Source of the DNA: Barthelona sp. PCE
Taxonomy: Eukaryota
Reading direction: 5' to 3'
Length of the DNA stretch: 64,000 nucleotides
NCBI GenBank assembly: GCA_040285745.1
Contig: JAUFOR010000001.1
Span: 124,001 to 188,000, forward strand
Both the position numbers and the translations under genes were made by a program. Under the pieces are notes generated by a model, which saw nothing but the letters and a program-made list of their open reading frames with translations, was not told where the DNA came from and made no database searches. Shown here piece by piece: positions 38,401 to 45,000 of this stretch. How positions within the stretch are numbered: position 1 is the first letter of the stretch; each line of letters begins with the position of its first letter.

Positions 38401-40057
38401 TGTTAACGTCACGCATGCTGTTGCATCTCAGATTGTCTTCACAACAACACACAACAACACTGCTTCTGTTGTTATAGCCGTTGCAATGGACGTATTAGGT
38501 CGCCGAATTCCTCTTTCAAACGCATGGGCCATGGTGAACGGAACTCGCTTCGAACTTATCTCAGATAGTGATATTGTAGGAGAGTACAGCTTCACCATAT
38601 CAACGTGCAACAAAGCGCCGGGATATCACAGCGCGCTCGTTTACAGCGATAGCGTGTCAGGAAACGCCACCTTCTTTGTTCCACAAACGGGTTGCAAATT
38701 TGAATTTACAAGGTTGATTCAACCAGCCCCTTTTGTCATCAGCGTCACCCCTATGCGCGGAGAGCACGTGGTCTTGGCACAAGAGATGCCTACAGTCACC
38801 AAAATGATAGTAGGAGATAAGCAGTGTATTCCCACGATTGATGCACTTCTCCCCACATTTATTTTAACGTGTCCCACACTCAATGCCCCACCCATAGATT
38901 TTTGGTTTAATTTGACAGCCAGCTTTGGTGTGTCGCATTCCATTGTTGTTGGTCTGGAAGCACACCCTTGTCCCCGTAGCTCCACCCTCATCGGTGAAGA
39001 GTGTGTCTGTGATGACGGGTTCTACTATCCTGGTGAACAACCGTTCCGTTGTGAGGAATGTAGTCCGGGTTATCTTGAGAACGGGCAGTGCAGGTCGTGT
39101 CCTAACGGCGCCACCGCACACTTTGCTTCGTTCAACGGGTCTGACTGCGTCTGCGTGGACGGTAGCGCAATCATCAACGGTACATGTACTGAATGTTCAC
39201 AGCTGAACCTACTCTGTATAAATGGAACCGTTAACGGAGCCCTTCCTGGGTTCTACCGCACTGACGCCTTTGTTGCGGAACGTTGCACGCTTCCCACGTG
39301 TCTCGGACCAGACGATGTGAGGTGTCAGTTCAACACAGAAGATTATATGTGCAGGAAATGCGTCGCCAACACAGTCAGGACACCCATAGGTGCCTGCATC
39401 TCACACGAAGAGGTAGATGATTACGTTATGTCATTTGTGAGCTGCGTCGTGTTTGCAGTATTGTTCTACGCTTTAGGATCTAAAAAAAATCAAAGAAATA
39501 ACGTGAGGTCATTGGACGTATCCGTTTTGGTCTTTACAAACGTCATCATCTGTTTTTCAATTTGTGTAAGAACATACTTCAGATCAACGTATCTCACGTC
39601 TGATGAGTTGACGACATTACAGTTCCTTCCATTGTATCCATATTGGACTCACAGTTATTTGGCATCGTCAGCACTAACGATGTTTATCAGTTTGTGTTTT
39701 GTTTGTTGTTTCTATTCTATATGGAAGAGACAGGCAAGAACACTGGTTCTACCGCTATTTCTGATCAGTGGTATTAATGAAACACTACTTGCACCCATGG
39801 CAGGTTTCAATATCACAAGACCAACTTTAGCTGTAACCACACTTGTAGTTTTTATGCTACTGTTTACTGCTGCACTATATCGCACATTGTTTCAGCGTGA
39901 TGCAAAACTTAGAAGTAATCTTGTATTTTTGATTTCTACCCCAACTCTCAATTTTATGGCCTTCTTAACCAGTTATTTTCTGTTAGATGTACCTGGTCTT
40001 GCGATATCATTCTGTGCAATCATTGCTGGTGCAACAGTTATTATACCCCACATGTAA
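23480..40057 (+). CDS. Giant (about 5525 aa) cell-surface protein: signal peptide, propeller-like N-terminus, many IPT/TIG (Ig-like) repeats, Cys-rich EGF/furin-like region, about 7 C-terminal TM helices
   Basis: Uninterrupted 16.6-kb ORF. Hydrophobic N-terminal leader. Recurrent G.NFG, GG.V.I.G and VTV.GQ.S IPT motifs. CxxC-rich stretch near 38970-39400. Multi-pass hydrophobic C-terminus. Confidence 0.85.
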   Translation: MRDFLLLLYVLHILCAFLLCMASPGSFNYEAMSLELGFPRTQIVDMIWAGVGQEYLLMYRSTGQFTVYKFLPAHDNATLELEYEFDSFEYTDIKRIYFFTTEESNSPGVCKMDTNCVNCFRVSRVAGNDWRVDEIFGVSTQCMTTSVAAKYSQRVMSGDLYDSIVPYAFDAGFIAYKYGGLKVAWYHIVDDDIEEYSFTPSDYYRSSNIGNRMCVCYSDGDGSGNIGCDEGHWNSRDWTGETNFNSGNIVGYWSKTKAHHFILVEPTGTANRFKVGYRNTGDTCDASEMAAAALLEKTIDFGARPHCDLDPNSMKLVCFDGSSIFVCNTAVSSCTVKNLYFLQYPIVDVEIHRGGKLAVMTEALEENKGFLFIYKDGIDTANSEVVAYELGFYGKIRFSPDDEGVIIYCSTTHSSGTTTLYGIFYQVSPTIQIILYKTFSGDLKAVEVGPMGNLVYIITFYMTNSMLQSVQVADRPIPVGYAQGKFIYTQQHMNAQFGVVGVGTITSNDFADFQILPQLGVSFQAWGGDIWIGASYANTAYYASTVTHSYIFSKFSISGTTLSYSDQRVLVLDDWNYDDWYTPQIEFFSHCGYYDDRTYNFHCYVYCDICSYKLMVLEANSEATSGSTDSQFSSSDYKFGLDILDSNGMITFKETGARLYHADSYTNTPNWGAVYPEFGRNLRLKIICHKTNTLPMSADSSLLHFFYESSPILKSVSQSYPTMSINEELVSQTFFYCDSGVKDYLSVTCPDVSCLFTTIPGSLCEVVYRTEGFLQSFTMDIVGVPDIGSVSFVAGDQEKVTIRGANWGHNQFRHVIKVGYLDGAILNYVGVEVINHVSGAVFDVTVPYDCDARDLAFVRYVGTENTNITFPEQALIGSSPSFSASSTALGTQVSLIGNAVSIGCSLYMRCNDVDYDLFWSATTNGYRTKIGIYSGSKDSQVTCHVRAGYLKVSTGSFQFSLIGYTISVDPIDMYPTSVFVTSSFYKMANVNHGLSLAVAGIVYPLVIVDNTRAYANVTGHDGTSLQNVYLIKDGVMESTQSINVGRVAFTLEQPTSGCIQLSPTYTITVTSGWFTSGYSADIEGCATSMGPGEADNTFEVELKKSCLQFLSSAEITIVRDTDGESDSFTLDFCHVIDAVEKDSDSGQVLFTVHRNAAASALSSTANVYIKEVDSEKMHACVNVQRILNGLITSYKCDGGINICQPTWVVLSIDDVTTTAVFLDDVLNPTFVEMAESVPNQSNIFRIRIIGPPSCTYRYLHPSEGLKTCSYVGGLLILEPVLWDCASTRNVTIQVGTLSQSEIVAEQNHDLTIDPVILPLNGGTVTVNGRFFVINSQVSSVDIEHYDGEGSSLNWSPINNYIADITSVPSYFGSANITMTYCGQEHKFPVSYAKPVISKARCGTLSASGSDSFFYIEGTDLPNVFNHTGVDSDFTSNGEVSDAEGKAVLSSTSIKLPYFITDPPTDFFNIKVISGDLFSDEFPYYFACPAVETVIWDSLYSVAFVMLSSSSPSTSDVSDVKCMLQSGSSYVSVPFTIYAADVIELTRLNTCTPETSCKIIFNGILSSSGDEGIAFTVSEPVQTIEFEGTTLPSSAGSWAAEYTVGYTPTSWQASNCIVSIKYEGNYATIANTNYATGRVTTGTSSLVCFNATKTTIKTEYCIGTTCAETEIPKLIFVDPHVSTISRSGGTASLSFSFEAYPGAFRNFTFGNVIGVEGEAYKFTFGSMTENDPTAMLSVCGVSTEITPSFTDPVFYPVSCTHKGNEVMISGDSFFPVETPLTFDGPCFGSYTVLSWGITQIKVRFDDFDVNNGSSCSGSMQGVTVSDRYNGIVIPVCPFLHSVTINGDLLIIEGLNFGDLNDLLKISCEFSPAEEGEVVIPIICPVVDVPLVGYQKIQCPSFNADCSNKTCHVEDVTGASSLPKVADFVLEMIEVPDSLPSSKNMRVSSLPTQSCNEKYTLNGAITHFSTMGGKGLINPPIACSSSAMMELIYTYGAWSTVRYVPMDSYSVDLASLVVPVAMGDEHTFQFSSGSLLYRNPIINIDVDMFGVSHSVTSVDSDSITFTMNSYYKDTQKSLEIKACGVTIISTIVSPTGHSVTKQKMCYDAERVDAQTIIVKGDNLGESGSILAVDCGVHTCAVQSNTNNECEFLLILNSTPVVTIDVMLDRWGDLSDSFEMIACPIVDEATTTFSNVTLTGSNFVGDYSLIISGDEYSCETQSSTTIICDYVPTCSAVVDAELISTLGFTSVVDVIIDPPLNILGGSMTEEIRIKVLGYNASKGCSFDIFINGMQQEAGLVLDTNGYVTYSSSLPCANAINVNLVSGATTSNVVQFVFEFEVTSVPTLSSSGGVLVINGVFPTYASNPEVHWNGVLHSATFSAGNSDILITIPAGSGVYAVEIRVCGASVYDEIKYEEPTLTPSECLKSEMHNDYRIPSTGFGLNGTRVSVRVLDEYRTVGVRNVGESSIALDFGQLSTPTISNITLFVSVPGYEISAKINICPRVSSVLYIGSNTFTFEGEYFEIDYAEPIVKYESSARSGTCDAASCLSDGSCSVNCTIAPLCSQSPALIQFTYDSNAVALPYEYNFTMKHEVPSIAVDITIVVPTELSSCVLELTHSSLVVLCTTSGTPGEMMCPLLQMNCADSLEFALTVTTNAGITFNPLTVSRSVPTVVSIQEFIYGSSSQLILTVRHSVSDTLSYSYDSSDWSMAAISSSDSITLEADIDHPLSSGSGILIYLKYCNAEFQVTNSFSKPILDSTTMCIDDDPTVVSLSGSNFPIESELHNFQIISDRFVSIDSVSENQKLLYLSFGRYDPLIFTLMLKHRNDDDFKTDVLSLYNCPDYVNYRFNADFTIVTVTLKDINASHVYELQCVGYQSEEQLSGGSYLYNGQYEIAFNTPEICDPTSCTVVGNGSRATDAFVLNLTPKIKVIDSKLPIQSNSFIVQIYPLYCMRLSAKVNGEEISPASTKPNHVFSTADLPCSADFEFEFFLGSFAKITKTIGRSLSVSSKTLDTSGGSVLIAISANWNSYTMELATATFRGEAVTVIGTTNNAISISDLPAGVGVDHLLVVNLCGMTASQNFSYAPPILDSALNCVLSDPGVMQITGNFFGPGGLVDINLPFYRNVSGNVVDQDYIELTFFDSVPSLTNTTFYLTVTIGGQESARVTVRHCPRYSNFSTSVSNFITSLHGEFFLLTDKFVLTCPVVGIIGCTVATSDLIIVDQFDYTESISCNLTLSYNFQKFDIEVVLDQKPIISAYPSFFPENNGDILFTINKAVVEPEHTLIVDGISYTITKELDIDVYSLNVSELLCFGDLDGLVTVQVKTNSFYSEEIKIPRFDMQFYPINQTVMTEGEDIFVKGVFFSTGDGPITATVNASIVNVVHYSYDSVQVSVPPGSGTGIISLTHCNMTLSQTFRYTRPTLRQIQNCASENATIFMLQGSNFGTSTSNISFESSRGVSLLNHTHTNMTVMFDQFIGNHFYVTVTVDGQSSDLTNIFNCPVVEYVHPINNNTELTVSGRYFRESMKFSVNEDTVSWVSAFTVNCYGRNAYVNGTETMNCGPVDVLHHCGSIPGFNLTDAFGIVVLNEVIFLPPIIFVPPPHIPTFSGSAKMTVVGANKLCRPKLEYEGVQYSVSIISENTWEFVTGMIQCQPTNAIAVSLLKGLYVSSAEVIVPRADMMVFSQSSVTTEGGLVQIDGMYPISAIEHTTNKSLDMFGIEFSINFISRTSLTVNMLPGTGINAYALTICGHRTELEGFKFAAPVITTIDCFGSNQGDLYYIHGSNFGYNRSIVQLVTSRRYNILSVRHHTIKLQWEQNHHGDFLSITVKVDGQQSVEFVAKACIVVSDEELFSENTKVQFKAAHVFQPIHTLNCSNSTHEGIETSCAAFVSMLGTNFTSCFIPQSCDMLTCQLTAPQQVSNVFTLKPTPIIISVPVSLPKLGMLPYADAIIMNGVFDWCNVEYVFVNGDPHTAKALTRPLFDTFVFSDKTYPCELTIEVTVTGMSENISFSVPHTTMEWHSMGSVPSTGGFVNLVGQWPIQLVYPIIVRTNHTKELVKWSSVSDITNIVMEVDPLVGFFRTEIEYCKQIVSLVWNYELPVLDRSKIGCYTSEPSRMVFSGVNFGPSTMLVYMYATSFGWKNSAANTHTTVSFDFPVATQVSETVTLYFGEYENVVVGGISLRLCMPLILGVKPVNPPINSVFSLIGVNFGHVASNLIVKFGTAHLPVISNGHNNAQILMGSSVIAENLCVSHMGLPSNCMIVEPSSVGGPIPQYIFKDTTATLAFTVPAMGDEVVIDIHGTKFQCISDTKDITCIVNGLAVGEYEVCIGVGGVEYMTSTMLSVVSLSNTRYTFLDILTPILFTVVPQPEYPPVVMLNTRVVEVEFWSDSDEWKFDVRCSEQDMAEFCYGDSCVSVTIACLDTPTITPTAVIANVKGSQHVTVTFDESPDVQYTIDCEFTQSLPSTLVAQFVVEEDVAPSTCSIYYYRDSPLPLEFSVVSLIVSPAEARSDIPIDVCVLFSTTITVVYQGTGLYEKITHGPSNECTTITFPIIGEYFVFVESVEEISTGFICVASIDARPPVQLKMDSRFFVYGMTINFEAYVVGDFAEPITLLTNNGATVPFTEEEEYILEPYTYEPYLYVYGQISDNEISLPMYVSLISLDWFGSFNATPDFILAESSEEITVACHECSMNPGQHNIRVMYCGETLITSQLFDIRSFTVVVDAKSECFADVMRVQLFTMAGWINITNVDFRMVRLTSPLCDDTTEIPASIIPPDVPGFVKNLGDILDLPKGERCALKSEYSLLEAAGTPVIALFFVAAYDDSCLDCIPDLTFEGISMERSTCVQIPGYLSSKEHALCAFGLSSPRIINHVRVESELPFSNLEIWGLEQYDVVYLRAKNIPECRAVELCSFVIELECQNYFFTVVPCGDIVGLSMINEEFSYISAETIMFSVNRSFTEMGLIKVSVSHALFVITDEIYVNVTHAVASQIVFTTTHNNTASVVIAVAMDVLGRRIPLSNAWAMVNGTRFELISDSDIVGEYSFTISTCNKAPGYHSALVYSDSVSGNATFFVPQTGCKFEFTRLIQPAPFVISVTPMRGEHVVLAQEMPTVTKMIVGDKQCIPTIDALLPTFILTCPTLNAPPIDFWFNLTASFGVSHSIVVGLEAHPCPRSSTLIGEECVCDDGFYYPGEQPFRCEECSPGYLENGQCRSCPNGATAHFASFNGSDCVCVDGSAIINGTCTECSQLNLLCINGTVNGALPGFYRTDAFVAERCTLPTCLGPDDVRCQFNTEDYMCRKCVANTVRTPIGACISHEEVDDYVMSFVSCVVFAVLFYALGSKKNQRNNVRSLDVSVLVFTNVIICFSICVRTYFRSTYLTSDELTTLQFLPLYPYWTHSYLASSALTMFISLCFVCCFYSIWKRQARTLVLPLFLISGINETLLAPMAGFNITRPTLAVTTLVVFMLLFTAALYRTLFQRDAKLRSNLVFLISTPTLNFMAFLTSYFLLDVPGLAISFCAIIAGATVIIPHM

Positions 40058-40129
40058 CAAGCATGTTAGTAAATATTTTTATTGTCAGGCATGTTTTTTT
40101 CTTTCTTTGGGTTAACACTTAATTTTTTA

Positions 40130-40657
40130 ATGCAAGAAAGTCAGAATGAAAGTATAGTACCAGCTTTGGAGGCAAAAATAGCAGATTTGGAAGAACAACT
40201 TCTTTTACAAACTAAAAAGTCTGATGCGCTGATATTAGCTATTAAAGCCATATCAGAGGATGACAGTGGGCTATTTTCTGGGACAAGAGAACTGCACACA
40301 GCATTGCATGGATTACTAACACCGCTTATTGCCCTTGAATTACCAAAATTTGATGACAGCAGTATAACTCATTGGAAACAACTTCACTTTGATGAAACAA
40401 GGAGATGTATCACATTAATTGATGCAGTTACAGAGTTTAAAAGCGGGAATCTGTTTGATAGCAGTATTTTAGTATACCTAAACGGGCATATAAACGCTTT
40501 CTATGAAGACTATCCGGTGCAACGAGTGCTCTGCGAAAATCCCATTGTATCAAAGGCACTGGGAAGTGTGAATTTTGATGATCTGCGAAGTATTGCAAGA
40601 AGTATTGATGATGCTTGTGAACGTGTTTCTTTAATTTTCTTTGAGAAAGAGGAATAG
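40130..40657 (+). CDS. Hypothetical protein with N-terminal coiled coil
   Basis: ATG ORF (MQESQNE...) with an LEAKIADLEEQL heptad. An upstream ATG at 40091 is also possible. Confidence 0.55.
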   Translation: MQESQNESIVPALEAKIADLEEQLLLQTKKSDALILAIKAISEDDSGLFSGTRELHTALHGLLTPLIALELPKFDDSSITHWKQLHFDETRRCITLIDAVTEFKSGNLFDSSILVYLNGHINAFYEDYPVQRVLCENPIVSKALGSVNFDDLRSIARSIDDACERVSLIFFEKEE

Positions 40658-40881
40658 ATTTGAACTGTTTTTCTACAGAATATGAATTACTTAAACTCAT
40701 TTCCAAAATGTGAAAATGAAGTTTTAATGCTTCTAGATTAACTATTAGAAGTATACTTAGAGTACAAAATATGTGCCACGGTGTATATGAATTTGCTATA
40801 GCCAAAGAATAACCTTGTATGTTTGTAAAAGTTGTGTTTCCAATTATCTCTCCGTTTTCTTTTTTTCACAATAACTTTCTA

Positions 40882-41874
40882 ATGTATTTTTTGGGCATAG
40901 AAGGAAGCGCCAACAAACTGGGCATTGGAATTGTTGACGAGAAAGGTACAGTATATGCTAATCCTCGAGTTACCTATAATGCTCCAACAGGTGAAGGTTT
41001 TCTACCATCTGAAATTGCTAGGCATCATAAGCAGAATATCCGAAATGTTCTAACCAAAGCGTTAAAGGAAGCAGAAATTACTTTAACAGATTTATCTGCA
41101 ATTTGTTATACAAGAGGTCCTGGTGTGGGTTCAGCCCTATCTGTATGCGCCATGTTCGCACGAAGCTTGAGTCTTTTACTGAAAATTCCGTTAGTTCCTG
41201 TGAATCACTGTATTGCACATATTGAAATGGGACGTGTCGTCACAAAGGCAGATAATCCGGTTGTGCTGTATGTTAGCGGGTCAAATACGCAAATTATTGC
41301 TTTTTCCAATGGTTATTATCGAATTTTTGGAGAAACTATTGATATTGGTATTGGAAACTGTCTTGACAGAATCGCACGCGTCTTAGGGATTCCTAACGAG
41401 CCCAATCCTGGTTATAACATCGAACAGATTGCGAAAAATGGCAAGAAATACATTAGTCTTCCGTATGATGTCTATGGTATGGATATGTTATTTGGAAACA
41501 TGGTGTCACGCATCGAGGAACTTAAGGACACAGAAAAGCAGCACAATCTCTGCTTTTCCATACAAGAAACACTTTTTTCTATGCTTGTTGAAGTCACAGA
41601 GCGTGCACTTGCGTTTGCCAACTCTGACAGTGTCCTATTGGTGGGAGGCGTTGCATGCAACAGACGACTTCAAGATATGATGACGCAGATGGCAGAACAA
41701 CGTGGAGCGCATGTATGCGCAATGGATGAGCGCTTTTGCATTGACAATGGAGCTATGATTGCATACAGCGGCGCGTTACATTATCTACATGGCCAAACCG
41801 TCGAGCCAGACCAGGCAGATATTACTCAGAGCTTCAGAACAGATCAGGTACATGCTGTATGGCGAGAAGATTAG
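40882..41874 (+). CDS. KAE1: tRNA N6-threonylcarbamoyltransferase Kae1/OSGEP (KEOPS complex)
   Basis: LGIEGSANKLGIG, VNHCIAHIEMG (metal-binding HxxxH), YRIFGETIDI..GNCLDR, VGGVACN.RLQ, FCIDNGAMIA, QSFRTDQV...WRE. Confidence 0.96.
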   Translation: MYFLGIEGSANKLGIGIVDEKGTVYANPRVTYNAPTGEGFLPSEIARHHKQNIRNVLTKALKEAEITLTDLSAICYTRGPGVGSALSVCAMFARSLSLLLKIPLVPVNHCIAHIEMGRVVTKADNPVVLYVSGSNTQIIAFSNGYYRIFGETIDIGIGNCLDRIARVLGIPNEPNPGYNIEQIAKNGKKYISLPYDVYGMDMLFGNMVSRIEELKDTEKQHNLCFSIQETLFSMLVEVTERALAFANSDSVLLVGGVACNRRLQDMMTQMAEQRGAHVCAMDERFCIDNGAMIAYSGALHYLHGQTVEPDQADITQSFRTDQVHAVWRED

Positions 41875-42048
41875 CAGGTTTAGTATACTGCATTTTTATA
41901 TAATGTTAACCATCAGACTTGTATGAAATTATGATTTAGAACATTTCAGACATAGACAGTTAAATAAAAATTAATTAGTGTTGTTTTCTAAAAAATCATC
42001 CATATCCTTGCACACTTTTGTACTATTTATGCATTTTAAAGGGTAAAA

Positions 42049-45000
42049 ATGAACAGAAACAACCGCGTCGCGTTACCATTTGGTCTAATACGACGAAAGA
42101 ACTATGGTGAACATGGTGAACAAGCTTCTACGCTGTTTTGCGTGCGTAAGATCCTTCCCACACGGTTCTGCCTCATAATTCAGGACGACAAGGGGCTTTT
42201 AAGATACCATGAAGACGATTTGGAGCTGAGATGGTTAAACTTTCCCGCCTCCTTGGGACAATCAACATCCAATGTGTCATTTGATGGGCTATGGCTAGAT
42301 GACATCCAGATGTTTGTGTTCTCTATGGCAAATTTGTCTCTCACATTTTGGAACTACGACTTTACCAAATTGTACACCATGTCACACATGAACTCGTTTG
42401 TATTGAGTATGGGGTACCGTTCCGCGACACATGAGCTGTTCTGTGGCACTAGAAATGGATTGTTTGTGTATAAATTGCCATCCCTCAGTAACAACAGTCT
42501 ATTGCGTGGTTTTACTGCAGATGATGTACAAGATGGGGAGGTCATCAAGCTAGTCTCGTCCTTCGACAACGTGTACGGGAACAGTGAGATCAGTGGCTGG
42601 ATTCGTTTGATTCTTGTCGCCGAAGGAACACCGTGCATGGTAGTGTGTGTGTTACCGAGTGACATTCTTATATATATCTATCGTACGGAGTATGACGAGG
42701 ACCAAACGTACGAGCAGACAGGCGTCACGCTGATTACGCAGGATATCAGTGAAGTGGAAGACCCAGCAGAGCTTCTCATACGAATCACTCAGCAAACGCG
42801 AGTGTCGAGTAACGTGCAATCACGACCTACAAAGGTGAAGTGGACGCACCAGTCGGAGATTATCTACCATAGACACATTAAAAACGTACACAAGAACATT
42901 GTTAAGGTTCTGAAGCACAGGTCGAACGACTGGTTCGTCAGCATCGGTGATATGTCTCTGAAGGTTACTAGCGTCTTGGGCCAGGTCGTTATCGAGTATT
43001 CGCTGCCTTCGCATCCAACGACTTTATGCTTCCACGAACGTGATGACAATATCTGCTTTGTTGGCTTCGCAACTGGTATGATCCGCGTTTATCACCTAAG
43101 GATAACGCACTACTTGATCGATTTTAGACATCCAGCAGGCATTGTAGATATGAAATGTGTCACAAACGTGCACGATGACATTGATTTGGTGGTGGCCACC
43201 TCGACGGACGTAACTCTCTTCAACGTGACAGAGCTTATGTCCTTCCAATGGCATCTGGAGCTGCCAGCTAGAACTCTATTTAATCAAAACGGTCGGCTAT
43301 TCATGCTTGTCAGTGGTTTCGTAGTCTTTTCGTGCGATATGATGGAAGATAACAGTATCACTGATAAACAGCGTGTGGTATTGGGCCATGATTACTTCAT
43401 CAGATCCATCTATCCGCACCCTAATGAGCCACTCATATATGTTCTCACTGCGCATGATCTACTCATTCTCAGTGATGAGCTCCGTTGTATTGCCCGGTGG
43501 CAAGACGTCCAGGCCGAGTGTGCTGTGGTTCTTGCGCAGGATTTACACACTGCAGCTGGTGTTTTTAACGAGAAAATTATCGATCTGAGCGTTGCACTCA
43601 TTTTTGGTATGGCTGATGGAAGCATGCAGGTCTGTCACCCAACGACTGGTGAGCAGTTACTGCTACTCCACAAGCACAGCGCGCCGATCGACACGATCAT
43701 TGAGGTCCCTGTCGGTGAAACGTCATGTGTTTCTGTGGACGAGACTGGCTTCGTTGTCATATGGGATGACTTCTTGCATGTTTACTGCCAGATAAGGCTG
43801 CCAGCGAGGCACACCGTTGTATATTCCTTTTTGTCGACAATCATCATCGGACTCGAAACGGGTGCATTTATCGTTATTGATGTAACCAAATTGCAGAGAA
43901 CGCAGCATGATGCGATTGAGCTCAAACCATTAGACGTGTGGCACCCAAGTAGCCCCATCGTCTCCATTGACAGCATTCGTGAGGGCAAGTATCTGCTAGT
44001 TGCATACCGCAATGGAGTAGTTTTAGTTTTTAATATTGAGCACTGGTCCGTTCTACGTCATTTCAAAATCCCCGAGGTACTCGACAACGCATGCTTCTGC
44101 GCGGACTATGGCCCTAACAGTGGTAGAATTGCTGTATCATGGAGGGATTGTCTCTTCTTGTTGGATAGTGGAGTTATTGATGCAATGGATGAGCCGTATC
44201 AGCACTCGTCAACAAGTCAATCTATCGAGTCAGGATACCTACACGGTGCACACAGTGATAAGATTGGTTCAACAACGAGCAATAATTCTAGGTCAACCAA
44301 GCTTATGGAACAAATTTTTGGCTCATCAGAGGAAAAAAATGAAGTACCAGGTGTTATTTTGGACACGGTTCCAGGAGATAGTATTGAAGATATACTCCGT
44401 AGCCTTTTTGGGAAGGTGGGATTGACTGACAAAGATCTTCCACTGAACCTAAATCCATATCTTGAGTACATTCACGATCGAAAGCGAGGTTTCAGAAGAA
44501 AGAAAGCAGATGTACCGGGTGCAACTGCGGAACTCATGGAGATATTTGAGGATGATGAGACTGATGATTCATTTATATCATTCGAGAATGGACCGCCACA
44601 AATTACGTTAATTGAGAAGTCAGAAAGTGAGATATTGAAGGAAGGAGCAAAAAAACTCGGCCTTAATGTGTTAGAACTCGCTGAAGAGTATACTAATCTG
44701 GTGTTCTCGAGACCAACCAGTCCATCAACTCGTAGCAGTAACATGAGTGCTTCTCTTGGAAAACACATTTTTGCTGCGCGTATTGCTCAGATTGGAGCTA
44801 TCTCTGAGACTGACGAAGATGTTCTGTCATTAGAGAGCGCATCTCCATTGAGCTTAGTGTCGTGTGCATCACCTGTGTACCGCACAGATAGCCCCAACTG
44901 TTTTGCACCCATTGGAGCTCAGAGTAGCAGCGCACTGTCGGGCGTCCCACCAGGTTCATCAGTGTTCCGATCGGCAACATCCTCACTAAGACCGGTTTCA

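Noticed and set aside
40882-41874. Kae1 substitutions (VSGSNTQ instead of VSGGNTQ, altered GMD loop) as a sign of changed function
   Set aside because: The metal-binding HxxxH and the DNGAMIA Asp are intact. The changes fit general sequence divergence.
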